From NCBI RefSeq assembly GCF_009914755.1, contig NC_060930.1: a DNA stretch of 64,000 nucleotides; one strand, written 5' to 3'. Of this stretch, positions 1 through 12,740 are shown in pieces. The notes under the pieces are model-generated. The model was not told the origin of the DNA. It did not search any database and saw only the letters and a list, made by a program, of their open reading frames with translations. Each line of letters starts with the position of its first letter. The first letter of the stretch is position 1. Both the position numbers and the translations under genes were made by a program. Source of the stretch: the human T2T-CHM13v2.0 reference genome, Homo sapiens.

Positions 1-120
1 TAAGGCATTGTGGGGATTAGAAAATAACCATAAAAATCAGAGGCAGGAAATATGCATTCTACCTGGGAATTAAAGCTCTCTTTAGATTAGTGCTAACCCT
101 GGAATAAGCAGCTAACATTT

Positions 121-290
121 ATTTTATGTTTTATTTATTTATATTTATTTATTTCTATAAATTTATGGGGTACAAGCATAATTTTGTTACTTGCATAGAT
201 TGTGTAGCAGCATAGTCAGGGCTTTTAAAGTAATGGCCTCCAGATCCATCTATATTGCGGCAAAAGACAGGATTTCATTATTTTTTTATC
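121..290 (-). mobile_element. L1 (L1PB/L1MA-like) 3' end fragment, internally deleted
   Basis: T-rich tail, then tttatggggtacaagcataattttgttac and aatggcctccagatccatc...gcaaaagacaggatttcatt, resembling the reverse complement of L1 3'UTR. Confidence 0.65.
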
Positions 291-719
291 ACAAACTAAC
301 ACTATAGCACAAAACTAATAGTTTTGATATCACAGAACTAACATTGTGATTTAAAGGAAACTGACTTTCAGTCTAATCTACGGATTTTTCAACAAATCAC
401 CAAGATAATAGAATGGCATGTGTTCTGGGTTGTTCTAATATTACCTAGTGTGGGAGGATCTACTAGAGCCACAGCTCTTAGGATGCTAGAAACCAAGTAC
501 AGGATAATTTAGTGAATATGCTCTAGAAAGTGGTTCTAGATGCCCCCTAAGCAAGAGGTTCATTGACTGTAAACTTTAAGTCCTTCATAAAATATCCAAG
601 GTGTGACATTTTGCCAACTTCCAGAGCTTCTGGAAAAATATTCTGCCCAAGAAAAATCTGTATTTCTAGTTTTGAATTAAGAACTCAGTTAATGAAAGGG
701 GAGATGAAGGTACTAAGGG

Positions 720-830
720 TTTCTTTCTTTCTCTTTCCTTCCTTCCTTCCTTCTTTCCTTCCTTCTCTCTCTCTTTCTTTCTTCCTTCTTTCTTTCCTTC
801 CTTCCTTCCTTCTTGCTTCCTTTCCTTTTT
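720..830. repeat. (CTTT)n/(CCTT)n polypyrimidine simple repeat
   Basis: directly visible. Confidence 0.95.
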
Positions 831-1639
831 AAATGACACACACTTGGTAACAAGTGAGCTTCATTCCAGAATAACATGTCAAAACCGAGGTGAAATACTA
901 TCTATAATAAATGAGGCTTCTCATGGTTATCAGGTAGCACATTTTCTCAGGTAATGAAGTCATTGTGTTTTGCATGGCTTTATTCTTTTAGGCAGAGGAG
1001 AAGGGAAGGAGAGGTTGTTGGTATTTTGTGCCTTCCTTTTTTTTTTTTGATGGGTTTCTTTCCATTCTTCTTGTGCCAATTGTAATGTTTTATGATTATT
1101 CATGACTTAGACAATGGTGCTTTAGGCAGTCAATGGCAATTATGCTTGTTGAGAAGAACATATAATTCAAATTAGACCAATATAGATTTTCCCCCTTTAA
1201 TGTTTAGTTACCCAGTTAGATTTAAACTGAGTATACAACATTTAATAAATGATTTTCACTAAAACCTAACTGACATTTAAAAGTAGTGTGGTTTTTTGTT
1301 GGTGGTAATACAGGAGAGTAAGATAAAATATTAATTCACCTAAAAGGTATATCTTATCAGTTCAAATTAAATCCCTCACATTTATACATTGTGTGATGTA
1401 TTTGTATTTGTGGCCTGAAAATGGTAACTTTGTACATTATCCAGTAAGTATGCAAAAATCAGCCGCATTAGGCATCTAAGTAATTTGTCTTAATGAACAA
1501 TAAATTCATACGTGGTTTAAGTTTGTAAATCTAAGTTTAGCAATATACAGAATGAAATTTTAAATACACATTATTTACTACTCAGAAATTAAAAGCTGAA
1601 ATAAGTAATAACACAAACATCAGATGAAAAACTGTAGAC

Positions 1640-2028
1640 TTCTATGGACTGAACTGCATCCCCCAGATTCATCTGTTGGAGCCCTAACTCCCAGAGTGAC
1701 TGTATTTGGAGATAGGACATTTAAGAAGGTAATTAAGATTAAAAGAGATCACATGCATGGGGTCCTAATCCAATGGGACTGGTGTTCTTATAAGAAGAGG
1801 ACAAGAAATCAGAGCTCCTTCTCCATGTTCAGAGAAGAAAAGCCATAGGAGGACGTAATGAGAAGGCGGCTGTCTACATGCCAAGAAGAGAGCCCTTACC
1901 AGAAACAAACCCTAACCATCTGTTGACCTTGGACTTCCAGTTTCCAGAACACAGAGAAAATAAATTTCTGTTGTTTAAGCCACTCAGCCTGTGGTATTCT
2001 GTTACAGCAACCTGAGCAGGTGAATACA
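1640..2028 (+). mobile_element. MaLR solo LTR (MLT1A/MLT1B-like)
   Basis: starts t(t)ctatggactgaa; contains gtgactgtatttggagatagg, ctaatccaatgggactggtg and aataaatttctgttgtttaagcc; ends tgaataca. Confidence 0.85.
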
Positions 2029-2359
2029 GTGGAGTTTTTAAACACCTGTATATATCCTATCAGCTAGCCAACACTAGGATCAGCTGAGTTGATCTTTTTA
2101 CTGAGTTCCAGACTTCACTAAGTCTGGATGAGTGACCAGTGACTTTTCAGAAAACCATCAGGTACATTTTCCGTGTATCTAGGATAGCAATGGTCTACTG
2201 AAGCCCAAGGTTTTGCCTAGTGGTGCACATTATGAAAAATTGCCTCTATTTTCACCAACTGTATGTGAAGCATTTAACCAAGAAGTGCCAATAACTGTTG
2301 ACTGATTTACTTTTAAAATTAGCAGCGATCTTAAAATTATCCAGTTAAACTCTCTGGGA

Positions 2360-2625
2360 GCAGCATACGACTGTGGAAAGACTGGTTCCAGTGCCAGGCA
2401 GGCTTGAGTATGAATCCTGGCTCTATCATGCAGGTGTAAGGGGGCATGAGGCTGGCTGGAGACTTAGCGTCCTTGTGTTTCAGTGTCCTTCTTAATAAAA
2501 AGGGAATCATAATAATGACAATAAAGTTGAGCATTAGTAACAATAATATGTTGATCTTAAGAGTCTTATGAGAATTAGTGACAATGATTATAGTACTCAG
2601 TATAGTGCCTGGCAACATAGCAATT
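2360..2625 (+). mobile_element. MIR SINE remnant
   Basis: tgaatcctggctcta...atagtgcctggcaacatag, MIR core/3' motifs. Confidence 0.6.
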
Positions 2626-3019
2626 ACCCAAGGAAAGTGGAGGCTGTCATTACTGTGACAATGTTGAAGATGATGCATGAATATCTCTATACCTAAGAAA
2701 GCCAGAGGCTAGAGAGTTGCAAATCTATTCAAAGATGACTCCCAAAGGATATTCATATTAAATTTTGGATATAATAATTAAAATCTTTGATAATGTAGAA
2801 ATAGTTTAGAGGCTGAGAGCCTTGGTTATACCACAACAAATACCTTTCAACACTTTAGACTCCCCTAATTTAAATGTCCAACTGTGTGCTTTTGAATTTG
2901 AGGTAGTTGGGCAGTATCTGTTCATTTGTTTCTTTGTTTTTAGCCTCACTATGTATTTTTCTCTCAGACATGTGGCTTAGACCAAGATGTTCAAGGGGAT
3001 GATAACAGGTTAGATTTTT

Positions 3020-3330
3020 CAGTTCAGTCAGGTTTGCAGGCAGACTGGATATAGAATGAAGAAAAAAATCACAGTCATGGATAACTTGACACTTTTTGGC
3101 CAGAGTAACTGAGATGGGGAAGGTTTGGGGAGAAAGATCTGGGTTTCCATTCTGGACATAGAAAGTTAAAATCATGTTGTGTTTTAAAACTAAAAATAGT
3201 GTGGTTCTGCTGCAGCAGGGGGAGAAACACACCCTGGGGAGATGAGCAGGTGGCAGGTCCACAGGTCACAACAAGGAACTCAGGTAGGACCTCATAAGCA
3301 AAGGTGAGGAGATGGAGGTTTGTGATATGG
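3020..3330 (-). mobile_element. L2 remnant
   Basis: actgagatggggaaggtttggggagaaagat...ggacatag, typical of antisense L2. Confidence 0.5.
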
Positions 3331-3365
3331 TGGAACAATGTGCTTCAGGGATTAATTTATACTAG

Positions 3366-4327
3366 TGATAGGACAGGAGGCAGAGAAATTCTAGGCAGAA
3401 AAGGGCGGGTCCCTGGTGAGGCCCATCCTCAAGCTGAAAAGCTTGAGACTGCAGCCCAAAGTGAGAACTTACATCCCCGTTTTACTGCTCAAATGTTGCC
3501 TTTTCCAAAACCAACCATGGGCCTTCTGAGCCCCTGTCCTGTGCCCATAAAAACCCCAGACTCAGCCAGCAGAGAGGAAAAGCAGCTGGACATCGGAGAC
3601 TATGGCTGGACCTCAGAGGGAAGCAGCTTGACTTCAGAGGGACAGCTTCCTGGCATAACTTCCAAGAAGAATCCATCCAGAGATGGTCAGACTTCAGGGG
3701 AAGATTATCTTCCCATCCCATCCTCTTTCCAGCTACCCTTCCCTCTGACAGCCACTTTCATCAGCAATAAGATCCCCCACATTTACCATCCTTCAATTTG
3801 TTTGTGCGACCTCATTTTTCCTGTACGCCAGACGAGTTTGGGAGTCACAAGTGCAGATACAAAAGGCTGTCACACTTGCCCTTTGCTTTTGCTGGCAGAA
3901 GCCAGCTGCCTCATGTGAAAAGGCAGAGGGTCCTCTGAGTTGTTTACACGTAAGCCATCCGCAGAGCTAAAAGAGAACTGTAACCCTCCTTCTGGGGCTT
4001 CAGGGTCTCAGGCACCTCCCCAGATGCTGTCACAGGGCCTGCATGGAATTTGCTCCTGCTGGTGCCCAAAAGTGCTCACCCTGGATCCTGCACACACTCA
4101 CCTGTGCACTCCCTCCCATGACGGGTGGAGTGCAGTGAGTCCAAGTGAGTGGAGTTCATTTCTGCTGGGGCTGAAGTGGACAGCTGATTCCAGCATTCAT
4201 GCATTCCAGTTCCCGCTTTGTTCACTTGCATGCTCCCTCCCATGAGGAGTTGAAAACTGCAGGCTGGGTAAACAAGGCACCCCTGCTGTGAGTCCTGTGA
4301 AGGGGTTGGGGGAAATACCCTGTTTCA
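3366..4327 (+). mobile_element. ERV1 solo LTR (LTR28/LTR1/LTR27 HUERS group)
   Basis: TG...CA termini (tgataggacaggaggcagagaaattctagg ... ccctgtttca), TATA-like cccataaaaacccc at about 3544, near-match 4-bp TSD ctag/caag. Confidence 0.85.
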
Positions 4328-4359
4328 CAAGTGTTTTCTGTCCTTTCTCTCTCTCTCTG

Positions 4360-4655
4360 TTTTTTTTTTTTTTTTTTTGGACAGAGCATCCTGTCACCCA
4401 GGCTTTAGTGCAGTGGTGTGATCTCAGCTCACTGCAATGTCTGCCTTCCAGGTTCAAGTGATTCTCCTGCCTCAGACTCTTGAGTAGCTGAGACTACAGG
4501 TGTGTGCCAACACAATGGCTAATTTTTGTATTTTTTGTAGAGACAGTATTTCTCCATGTTGCCCAGGCTGGTCTTGAAGTCATGACCTCAAGTTATCCAC
4601 CCGCCTCGATCTCCCAAAGTGCTGAGATTACAGGCGTGAGCCACAGTGCCTGGCC
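4360..4655 (-). mobile_element. Alu (old AluS/AluJb-like)
   Basis: poly-T, then both Alu arms in antisense, ending gtgcctggcc. Confidence 0.95.
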
Positions 4656-5691
4656 AACACTTGTATTTTCTTTAAGACCAGATCATTAGCTCCTTGATGG
4701 CCTATATATTCTTCTTTGGTTGTTGTTCTTCCTTGTTTTGTTGTTGTTTCATAATCCCTCAGAAAGAGCTATGCTCACTATTCTCACTTAACAATTTCTA
4801 TGAGAAAATAGATTTGTTGGCATACTTTTTTTTGGGTGGGGGGGCTGGTCAAATCATGTGACTCTTTATATTTTCTCATTTACAGGATATTGCAAATTAT
4901 CTCAGAGGGATATAGCAGGAATTAAATGGCTCAGTTTTAGAACTTTATCTAATACTGTAAATACATTATTAAATACTAAATGATAATAATTCCACAAAAA
5001 TATCTGACCTAGTTATACATTGGGAGCCTGTGAAACTCTGACAGAAACCAAAGAGTTATAGAGGTAAGCAATGGGGTAGGGATGAGAATTAACTCGATCA
5101 GGACAGACTCAGTTTCCAACCTCCCTTAATCCTGCCATCCAAAGAGGTTTGATGAAGGCTCAGCCCTCTTGGGATAATGGTGAGACTACCTAAGGAATTC
5201 TTATATTTTCTTACTCATCTGGGGCAACTCTAATGCATTTTGAAGAAATCAAAGAATAACGCTTATTGTCATGCCCTTGTGGGGATGCATGCTTGGATCT
5301 TGGTCATGGATGATATCTCTGTTTCCCATCTGGTAGAAAATTCAAATTTTGGAGCAATTACTGAGAAATTGAGCAGCAGTGTATTTACAAAAAGAAAGAA
5401 CTTACATTTACAGCATAGAACGTATTTTCACATATGCACATCATAATGAATAATAAACAAACTGGGGTCATTAGCAATGTAGTAGTCCATTGTAAAAATA
5501 AGGACAAAGCATGAAGAAAGTTTCAAGAAATAATATAAAAAGTAGAATTACTTAGCTTACAAAATAATAGTGTCCTGGGTTCATCTTTAATTCTTTCCTC
5601 TCATGCTGACCTCTGAGCAGTTAGCAAATTCTTTCCTTTCTAATTTGCAAAATCTCTTCCATCTATACAAAATTGAATCATGATATTCTCT

Positions 5692-6088
5692 TATGAACTA
5701 GGGTTTTCCAGAGAAACAGAACCAATAGGTTATCTATCTATCTATCTCTATATCTATATTTATAAAGATATTTAAAAATCGGCTCATGCGATTGTGGGGG
5801 CTAGCAAATCCAGCACTTACAGGGCAGGCCAGCAGGCTGGAAACTCAGGTGGGATTTCTACACTGCCATCTTGAGACAGAATTTCTTCTCCTCCAGGAAA
5901 TATGTTTTTGCTCTTAAGCCTTTAACTGATTGGGTGAGGCCCACCTACATTCTTTACTTAAAGTCAACTGACTGTAGATATTAGCCCCATCTGAAAAATA
6001 GCTTCACAGTAACACCTAAATCAGTGTTTAATGAAGTAATTATGTACTACATAGACTATCAATTTGACACAAAGAACTAACCACTACA
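5692..6088 (-). mobile_element. ERVL solo LTR (MLT2 family)
   Basis: agggttttccagagaaacagaaccaatagg ... aactgattgggtgaggcccacc ... ttgacacaaagaactaaccactaca. Confidence 0.85.
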
Positions 6089-6399
6089 CCTCTACTTCAG
6101 ACAACTTAGTTACTGCCCATTGATTCTAAAACTAAGTCTAATCTTTAGAAAGGGTATTTAAGGTCTTTCTGATCTGACCACATATGTTCTTTCCAGTGTA
6201 ATCTTCCCTTACATTCTCTCGTCTTACCAGGTTATTCATTGTTTTTTTGCCAAAGCAGGTCCTGGCACACCTCCACATTTTCATACTAAAGTGTAGGTTC
6301 CCTAAGGTAGTGATTCTGTCTCAAGCTCACTGCTTAAAAATGTGGGAGTAGGATAGGTTATCTTATTTGCTCTCAATTTTAGCTGGCTGTCTCTACTAT

Positions 6400-6741
6400 T
6401 CTTATCCCTGGACATCATATTTGACCCCACAACTTTTCTTGCCCAACGAGATGCGAGCATAAGTGATATAGGACAGAAGATGTAAGACACGTTGTATGGT
6501 TCCTGTTCCTGGTTCTTCCATAGCTCTTTCCCCACTGCTGTGAGACTGATAAGTCAGCTTGGGTCCGGGAATGAAGAACAAGGCACAGAACTGTAGCAAA
6601 GTAAAACAACATAAAGAGAGAGAGAGAGAGAGAGAGAGAGACATGTACTATGAATAAGAAACACATTTTTCTTCCTCATATGGCACTAAGGTTTGGTATT
6701 GTTTGTTACTTCAGAATAATCTAGTGAAAGCTGACTGATAT
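6400..6741 (+). mobile_element. old MaLR LTR (MLT1J/K-like) with internal (GA)n
   Basis: 3' end ttgtttgttacttcagaataatctag...gctgactgatata; (GA)n at about 6615-6640. Confidence 0.55.
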
Positions 6742-7419
6742 AAGCAGACATCCACATATCTGATAAACGAAAATATAAATGAATGAATGAAGTTGAAGTT
6801 CACTTCTCCTGAAATGCCTCTTTTTGTGCCATTTTCTGCATTTGAAATTTCATTCGTCCTTTAAAGAATAGCTCAATAGCCATCTCCTGTTATTTTCAGC
6901 TGTGATTGATGCTTTGCCAATTCTCTCTGCCCAAAAATCTTTTTTTGCATTTAAGATCCTCTCCTTCCAGTGGGTATTCAGGAGCAAAATTGCTGGTTAA
7001 AAAGAACCATTACTGTTGATGTCTCTAAATACATATTTAATTCATTTTTGATTTCCAGTGACTTGTTTGTTTCCAAGTGAGCTGTTAGCTCTTCAACTAT
7101 GTCTTCATTGTATCACTCACACAGCAATCACAGGCTCTCAGTAAATGTACATTGTTGGTGAAGTCAGAGTAGCTTCAGGAAATAATATGACCTTATTTGG
7201 ATGATAGCATGCAGCTCTTCTTTAGTGAAAAAGCCAAAGAGGCTTGGGTTAAATGTAAAGGAAACATATGACAATGACACTTCGGTGGATTGCAGAAAAA
7301 TTTGAAGTCAAACACAATGGTCAAAAGTTAGGGTATATTTTCCTTGATGAGAAAGCTCAGGTATAGCCATAAGGAAAGTTTCTGTTGAATACACACTAGG
7401 TGTCAGTCACTTTACTGAC

Positions 7420-7580
7420 ATTACTTAATGTCATATTTCAACAGCCATACTTTCACATATTTGGAAAATGTTGCTTAGAGAGGTTAAATTATTTTTTTGT
7501 GGTCAATCTTCTAGAAAGCAGTAGAGCTAGAAATTAAACCCAGGTGTGCCTCAGTCTGCAGCTCAGTTTTAACCATACTG
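7420..7580 (-). mobile_element. MIR remnant
   Basis: gcttagagaggttaaatt...gagctagaaattaaacccagg. Confidence 0.55.
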
Positions 7581-7764
7581 CTTCTTTAAAGAGAAGATTT
7601 AGGAAGATCTTTTTGAGCTCTAAGCTCCCACACAGTAATCCCTCCTAATAGAAAACTTGCCCTAACCAAGGTATTCACTAAAGTCCCAGAAGGCATTGCC
7701 CCTGACCTAGCAATTTTACTTGAGAGTATGGCAAGGAGGAGTCTCTAGCATAGTAACCAGAAAA

Positions 7765-7995
7765 GATGAATCTATTGAGACAGAGAGTAGATTAGGGCTA
7801 GCCTGAGGCTTGGGGTTGGAATGGAGAGTAACTGTAAACAGGCACGAGGGATCTTTTTGGGGCAATAAAAAATGTTATAAAATTGGATGGTGGTGATGGT
7901 GCACAACTCTGAACATTCACTAAAAATCATTGAACTGTATACTTTAAAAGGGTAAATTTTATGATCTGTAAGTTACATTACAATAAAGCTGCTAG
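7765..7995 (+). mobile_element. L1MB/MC 3' end fragment
   Basis: gagacagagagtagattag...ggtgatggtgcacaactctgaa...aaaatcattgaactgtatacttta...caataaagctg. Confidence 0.8.
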
Positions 7996-8040
7996 AGAAA
8001 AACAGAGTTGTCTAACCATCATAGGTGTTACATATACATC

Positions 8041-8375
8041 CAGTGGTGTGTCACAAAATGACATTTTGGTCAACGACAGACTGCATATATGATAGTGATC
8101 CCATAAGATTATAATACCAGATTTTTACTGAACTTTCACTACATTTGCGTATACAGATACTTCCCATTGTGTTACAATTGCTTGTAGGATTCAGTATAGT
8201 AACATGCTATACAGGTCTGTAACCTAGGAGCAATAGGCTACACCCTATAGCCTAGGTGTGCAGTAGGCACTACCGTCTGGGTTTGTGCAAGTCCACTCTA
8301 TGATTGTACAACCATGAAATCGCCTAATGACGCAATTCTCAGAAGGTATCCCTATCATTAAGCAATGCATGACTG
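8041..8375 (-). mobile_element. Tigger3a/MER7 MITE
   Basis: cccataagattataatacc, cctaggagcaataggcta, ends gcatgactg followed by TA. Confidence 0.85.
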
Positions 8376-8385
8376 TACGTATACA

Positions 8386-8798
8386 CAGATGGTCCCCAAC
8401 TTATGATGGTTGGGGTTATAATTTTTTGACTTTATGATGATGCAAAAGCAACAGGCATTCAGCAGAAACTATACTTCAAATTTTGAATTGTGATTTTTTT
8501 TTCCCACGGCTGGCAATATACGATACAATACTCTCTCCGGATAGTGGACAGCAGCAGCAAACCACAGCTCCTACTCATCCACGCAATCACAAGGGATAAC
8601 AACCACTACTCTATAGTGTACTGTTGCCAGATGACTCTGGCCCACTGTAGGCCAATGTAAGCATTCTGAGAACACTTAAGGCAGGGTAGGCTAAGCTATG
8701 ATGCACAGTAGGTTAGGTGTATTAAATGTGTTTTCAACTTTTTTAGCTTATGATGGATTTATTGGGACATAATCCCATTGTAAGTCAAGGAGCATCTG
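8386..8798 (+). mobile_element. MER47/Tigger5-type MITE
   Basis: TIR-like ends cagatggtccccaacttatgatgg ... cccattgtaagtcaaggagcatctg. Confidence 0.8.
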
Positions 8799-8799
8799 A

Positions 8800-8882
8800 A
8801 CACACACACACACACATACACACACATATATATATATAGAGAGATACACATACATATATGTATTTATAAGTACATATATAAA
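8800..8882. repeat. (CA)n/(TA)n microsatellite
   Basis: directly visible. Confidence 0.9.
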
Positions 8883-11849
8883 TACATCAATAAGCAAAAG
8901 TAGCAATTTTTTCAAACACCATCTGAGAACTAGCCTTTTAATGTTAATAATAAATATGATAACCACAAAATATTTGTATTCAGTTCAAGCTGTATAACAA
9001 AATGCTTCCCTGTCCTACTGTATAATTAATAAAGCTGACTTGTTTTTTAAGTATTCTCACTCAGACTTTTTGCCAGGTCAAACTGAGTTTTCCTAATTTA
9101 AGAAAATGAGAAAGTTTATTTTTCTGCATTACAGAATCGTGGATGCTCCTTCAATTGTCTGTGCTTATGGAAGGTGCTAGGAAACTGAGCACCCATGTCT
9201 AATCTCCAGCTCCTATTTTGGACACTAAAAGTGCTGCTCTACAAGGAATATGGAGAATCCATTCAACTTTTGCGTTGTATTCCACTGATACACACAATGT
9301 TCTTTAAATCTCGTGGTCAGAAAAATGCTGTGTGCTTCACTAGTTGACATTTCATCTATATTTTCCAGTGACATTTGTTTTAACACTTTACATAGCAATG
9401 GACCAAAAAAAAAATACATATCTCTCTAGCCAAGACCAGTATGAGCCACGTAAGACTCACAGGAAAGCAATTAACTTAGTACTCTGAAAGTGACATTTTA
9501 AAAATTTTTTTTCAACAGTTATTTAGAAGAAAGGCTAAGAGCAGTATGTGGAAAGCTAAAAACATAAAAAAAAAAATTTACCTCATCACTGTTTTCTTGG
9601 ATCACAGGTCAGACTTATGTACTTTACACTGTGAAAAAAAATGTGTATTTAAATTTTAAAAGTCTTTGCAACTAATCTAACCACATCTTTATTTCTTTAA
9701 ATGTAATTAAGTAATCAACTACTAGCATAGAACCTACCAATGTGGAAGTCATCACCAGTGGATCAATAATGCCTTTCCTCCAACCACTAGTCCTTGGGAG
9801 ATTTCAGCCATATACATTTTCTCACCTTATTACTTTTCCAAGTATAGCACCCTCGTAGATGGGCACCCCTGTTAACTGTCTCATGGATCTGGTCTTTATC
9901 TCAGCTCTAATTCTATTAAAATTTAGTTACAAACAAAATTCCACGTAAATCAAGTCTAAGGAGAAGAGAAGGGTAAGGCAAAATATAATAACACATTGCC
10001 AAATTCCAGTGAATTCTGCTTTTATGTCTTAGTTCCATGACTTTGCTGAGTAGTGAAATTGCAAAAAGGCAACTAAAAGAAAGAGAAAGAAAATCAAAGG
10101 ATGTGGGAAGAAAATCGGCCCTCCAGGCATTAAATATGATTTGGCAGTAATATCATGTTTTCCTGTTGCAAATATTCTGCACTCTTGTATTTATTGGTAT
10201 TGCCTCATTTCCTCCAAGAGGCAGCCAAAGTGTAGGACACTGTACATGTTGAAAACAGGCCTCCATACCTGACAATAATAAATTAAAGACATTTGAAGAA
10301 AACCACTAAATTCAGCTATTAGTCAGATTGTCACTTTCTGATATATTTATTTTCTTTAAACAAATATGACATCCACTGGCTTATTTTAAATATTATTCAC
10401 TTGTGACAAAATCCAAAAGGTTTGCATTTTGTAGCATTTTTCTTTCCCTGTATAATTTCGAGTACCATGTGGGGTTTTATGTTTAATAATATGTTGTAAC
10501 AGATGTCAATATGATCCAGAACTGAAATGATACTTGGCTCCAAATCTTTTCATCTGCTTCTTGCAGTTTCAGGTTGACCTAATCGAACAGATTCTGCAGA
10601 TCAACTTGACTGCCTCATAGCCTCTGAGAAGCTGACCCACTTATTCCTGTAGAAGGAAAAGTTTAAAAATTGAGAACAAGTAATAGTCTGCTAAGTGAAA
10701 TTAGAAAGAGCCACTTTTGCAGAACAGTGAATGCATTTGAGGTCTTTCCACTGCTTCAACATTTGAGATTGTAATTCCGAGTTTTTATGCACTACTATTG
10801 AACCCAGTCTCTGTCAACTATCCATCCAGCAGTTAGCTATGTGAAAAAGCTATTAAAAGGATAAAGTTTGAGTCATTAAAGCTATCTTATCCATCCCTGT
10901 TTTTTATTTTAACAGGGAGTGCCAGGAACAAAAATTTCTGAAAATATATTTGCTATAGTTTGGGAACAGCATGTTCATTTATTTGAAAAAAGTATTTTAC
11001 TCCTTAACGTAATGTGTTTGATTCTCTATCGCAAGAAGGCCACAAAGGGTGAGAATCAACTTGGAAAATCTAATCTATGTATCAATCAAAACTTTAATAT
11101 AGCTCTATAATAATTTTTCCATTAACATCAATATAAATTAGAAATGTCATTTTTAAGTAAAAAAACGTGCTCTTAAAAATCTAGAAATTTATATATTTCT
11201 AGATCTGAAGAGAAATCAGAGTATGAAATCCATGTATTTGGAAAGAGGCAATTAATAGCATTAAGGAGGAAACTCAGTGCCAGATCCATAAGAGCTATGC
11301 ACTCAAACATTTCAGCAAACACATCTGTTCCTGTATTTCTCAACTTATAAAACTCAGAACTTTTTAAGCAATATGATGAGAAAGAGGCAGGAAGTATACA
11401 TTAGGATTCCCAGGTCTTTTAAACATGCAATTTAAGGCATCTCTTTCCAGCAATCATTTTCTTTAATTGCCTGCTGAGAGATCTAGGTTAAGCCTCACTT
11501 TGCTTAGATACTGTTTTTATGTCTTTAGATAACAAAGATCTCTTTTCTCAGCATATTTTAGAATGTCCTAAATAGAGTTGTATAATTTTAAGTACATCTT
11601 ATGTATCAGACCCGAGGATAGTGATTGGATGCTGATATTTTTGAAACAGAAGTCAATTGAGTATTGAAAAATAAACATTTTCCAAGAGGAAAAAAAAGAA
11701 CCATCTGTAGCATTGACAAATAATGTAGTGAGATGAGAGAATTCAGGTGAGTCAGCATCTTCTTCATGACTTAGTGCTCACATCAAATGATCAACAGATT
11801 TTCTTTTAAAAATTGAATGTTACATATTAACATTCTCCAAATAGCCATG

Positions 11850-12740
11850 GTACATCATCAACTCCAAAAATAACGTAAGGAAAATGATATTCACCAAATG
11901 CAAAATAGGGCTCTCCTCACACACACAAAATAATTAATTAAACTGAATTAGGAAAGAAGTCCATAAATTAACTTAAAGTGTGAAGGAAAAATTGTAAAAT
12001 ATGTAATTTCTCCCTGATTATTACTTCCACTTTGGTATCTATTTGAAAATTTTTATCATAAAAAGAATATTTATAATAACAAAGGAGGAAAATCAATAAT
12101 ATACATATATGCCACACAAAGGGACAAAAACCAAATATTCCAACAGAAAAATGGCACTAAAAACATGAAAAGATAATTGCAGAAAACATGAAATACAAAT
12201 AGTCAATCAGCATATACAATTATTAAGCCTCCCTGATAATCAAAATCATATAAATTAAACAACTTTTTTTTCTCTTGATTGGCAAACCAAAAATAAATTT
12301 TGCATAACATGTGTTATTAGACATGTAAGAAAATACAAATTTGCATATATTATTAAAGAAATATAAACCTTAAATTGTTTTCAAAGGAAATTTTCTGATC
12401 TTTATCGAACAAATTTATGTTTATTTCTCCTATTCCGGCAAGTTGACTTCTAGGTATTTACTCTAAGGATATAATAGTTCAAGTGTGCAACATACATGAA
12501 AAAATGTGTTCATTAAAAGTTTGTTTAAATTAGTGATAAGTCAAAATAATTTAAATATCCTGTAATAAGTTCTATGAAGTAATGATGCACATGTTTATTT
12601 CTTGATTTTTAAGACTATTTATGATACATTCATAAGTGAAAACAACAGCTTATAACACTGTATGTAAAGCATTATTATAGTTCTCTTAAATATATATATA
12701 TATACTTAAATATACATATATGTATATGTGCATCTACATA
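11850..12740 (+). mobile_element. old L1M(E) ORF2 end/3'UTR remnant
   Basis: A-rich; caacagaaaaatggc...aaatacaaatagtcaat..., cttctaggtatttactctaagga. Confidence 0.6.

Noticed and set aside
720-830. 89-aa ORF and possible H-DNA in the polypyrimidine tract
   Set aside because: The ORF end is a simple-repeat translation; such tracts are common
3304-3918. Longest ORF (204 aa)
   Set aside because: Lies almost wholly in an ERV1 solo LTR, starts at GTG, and has no recognisable domain
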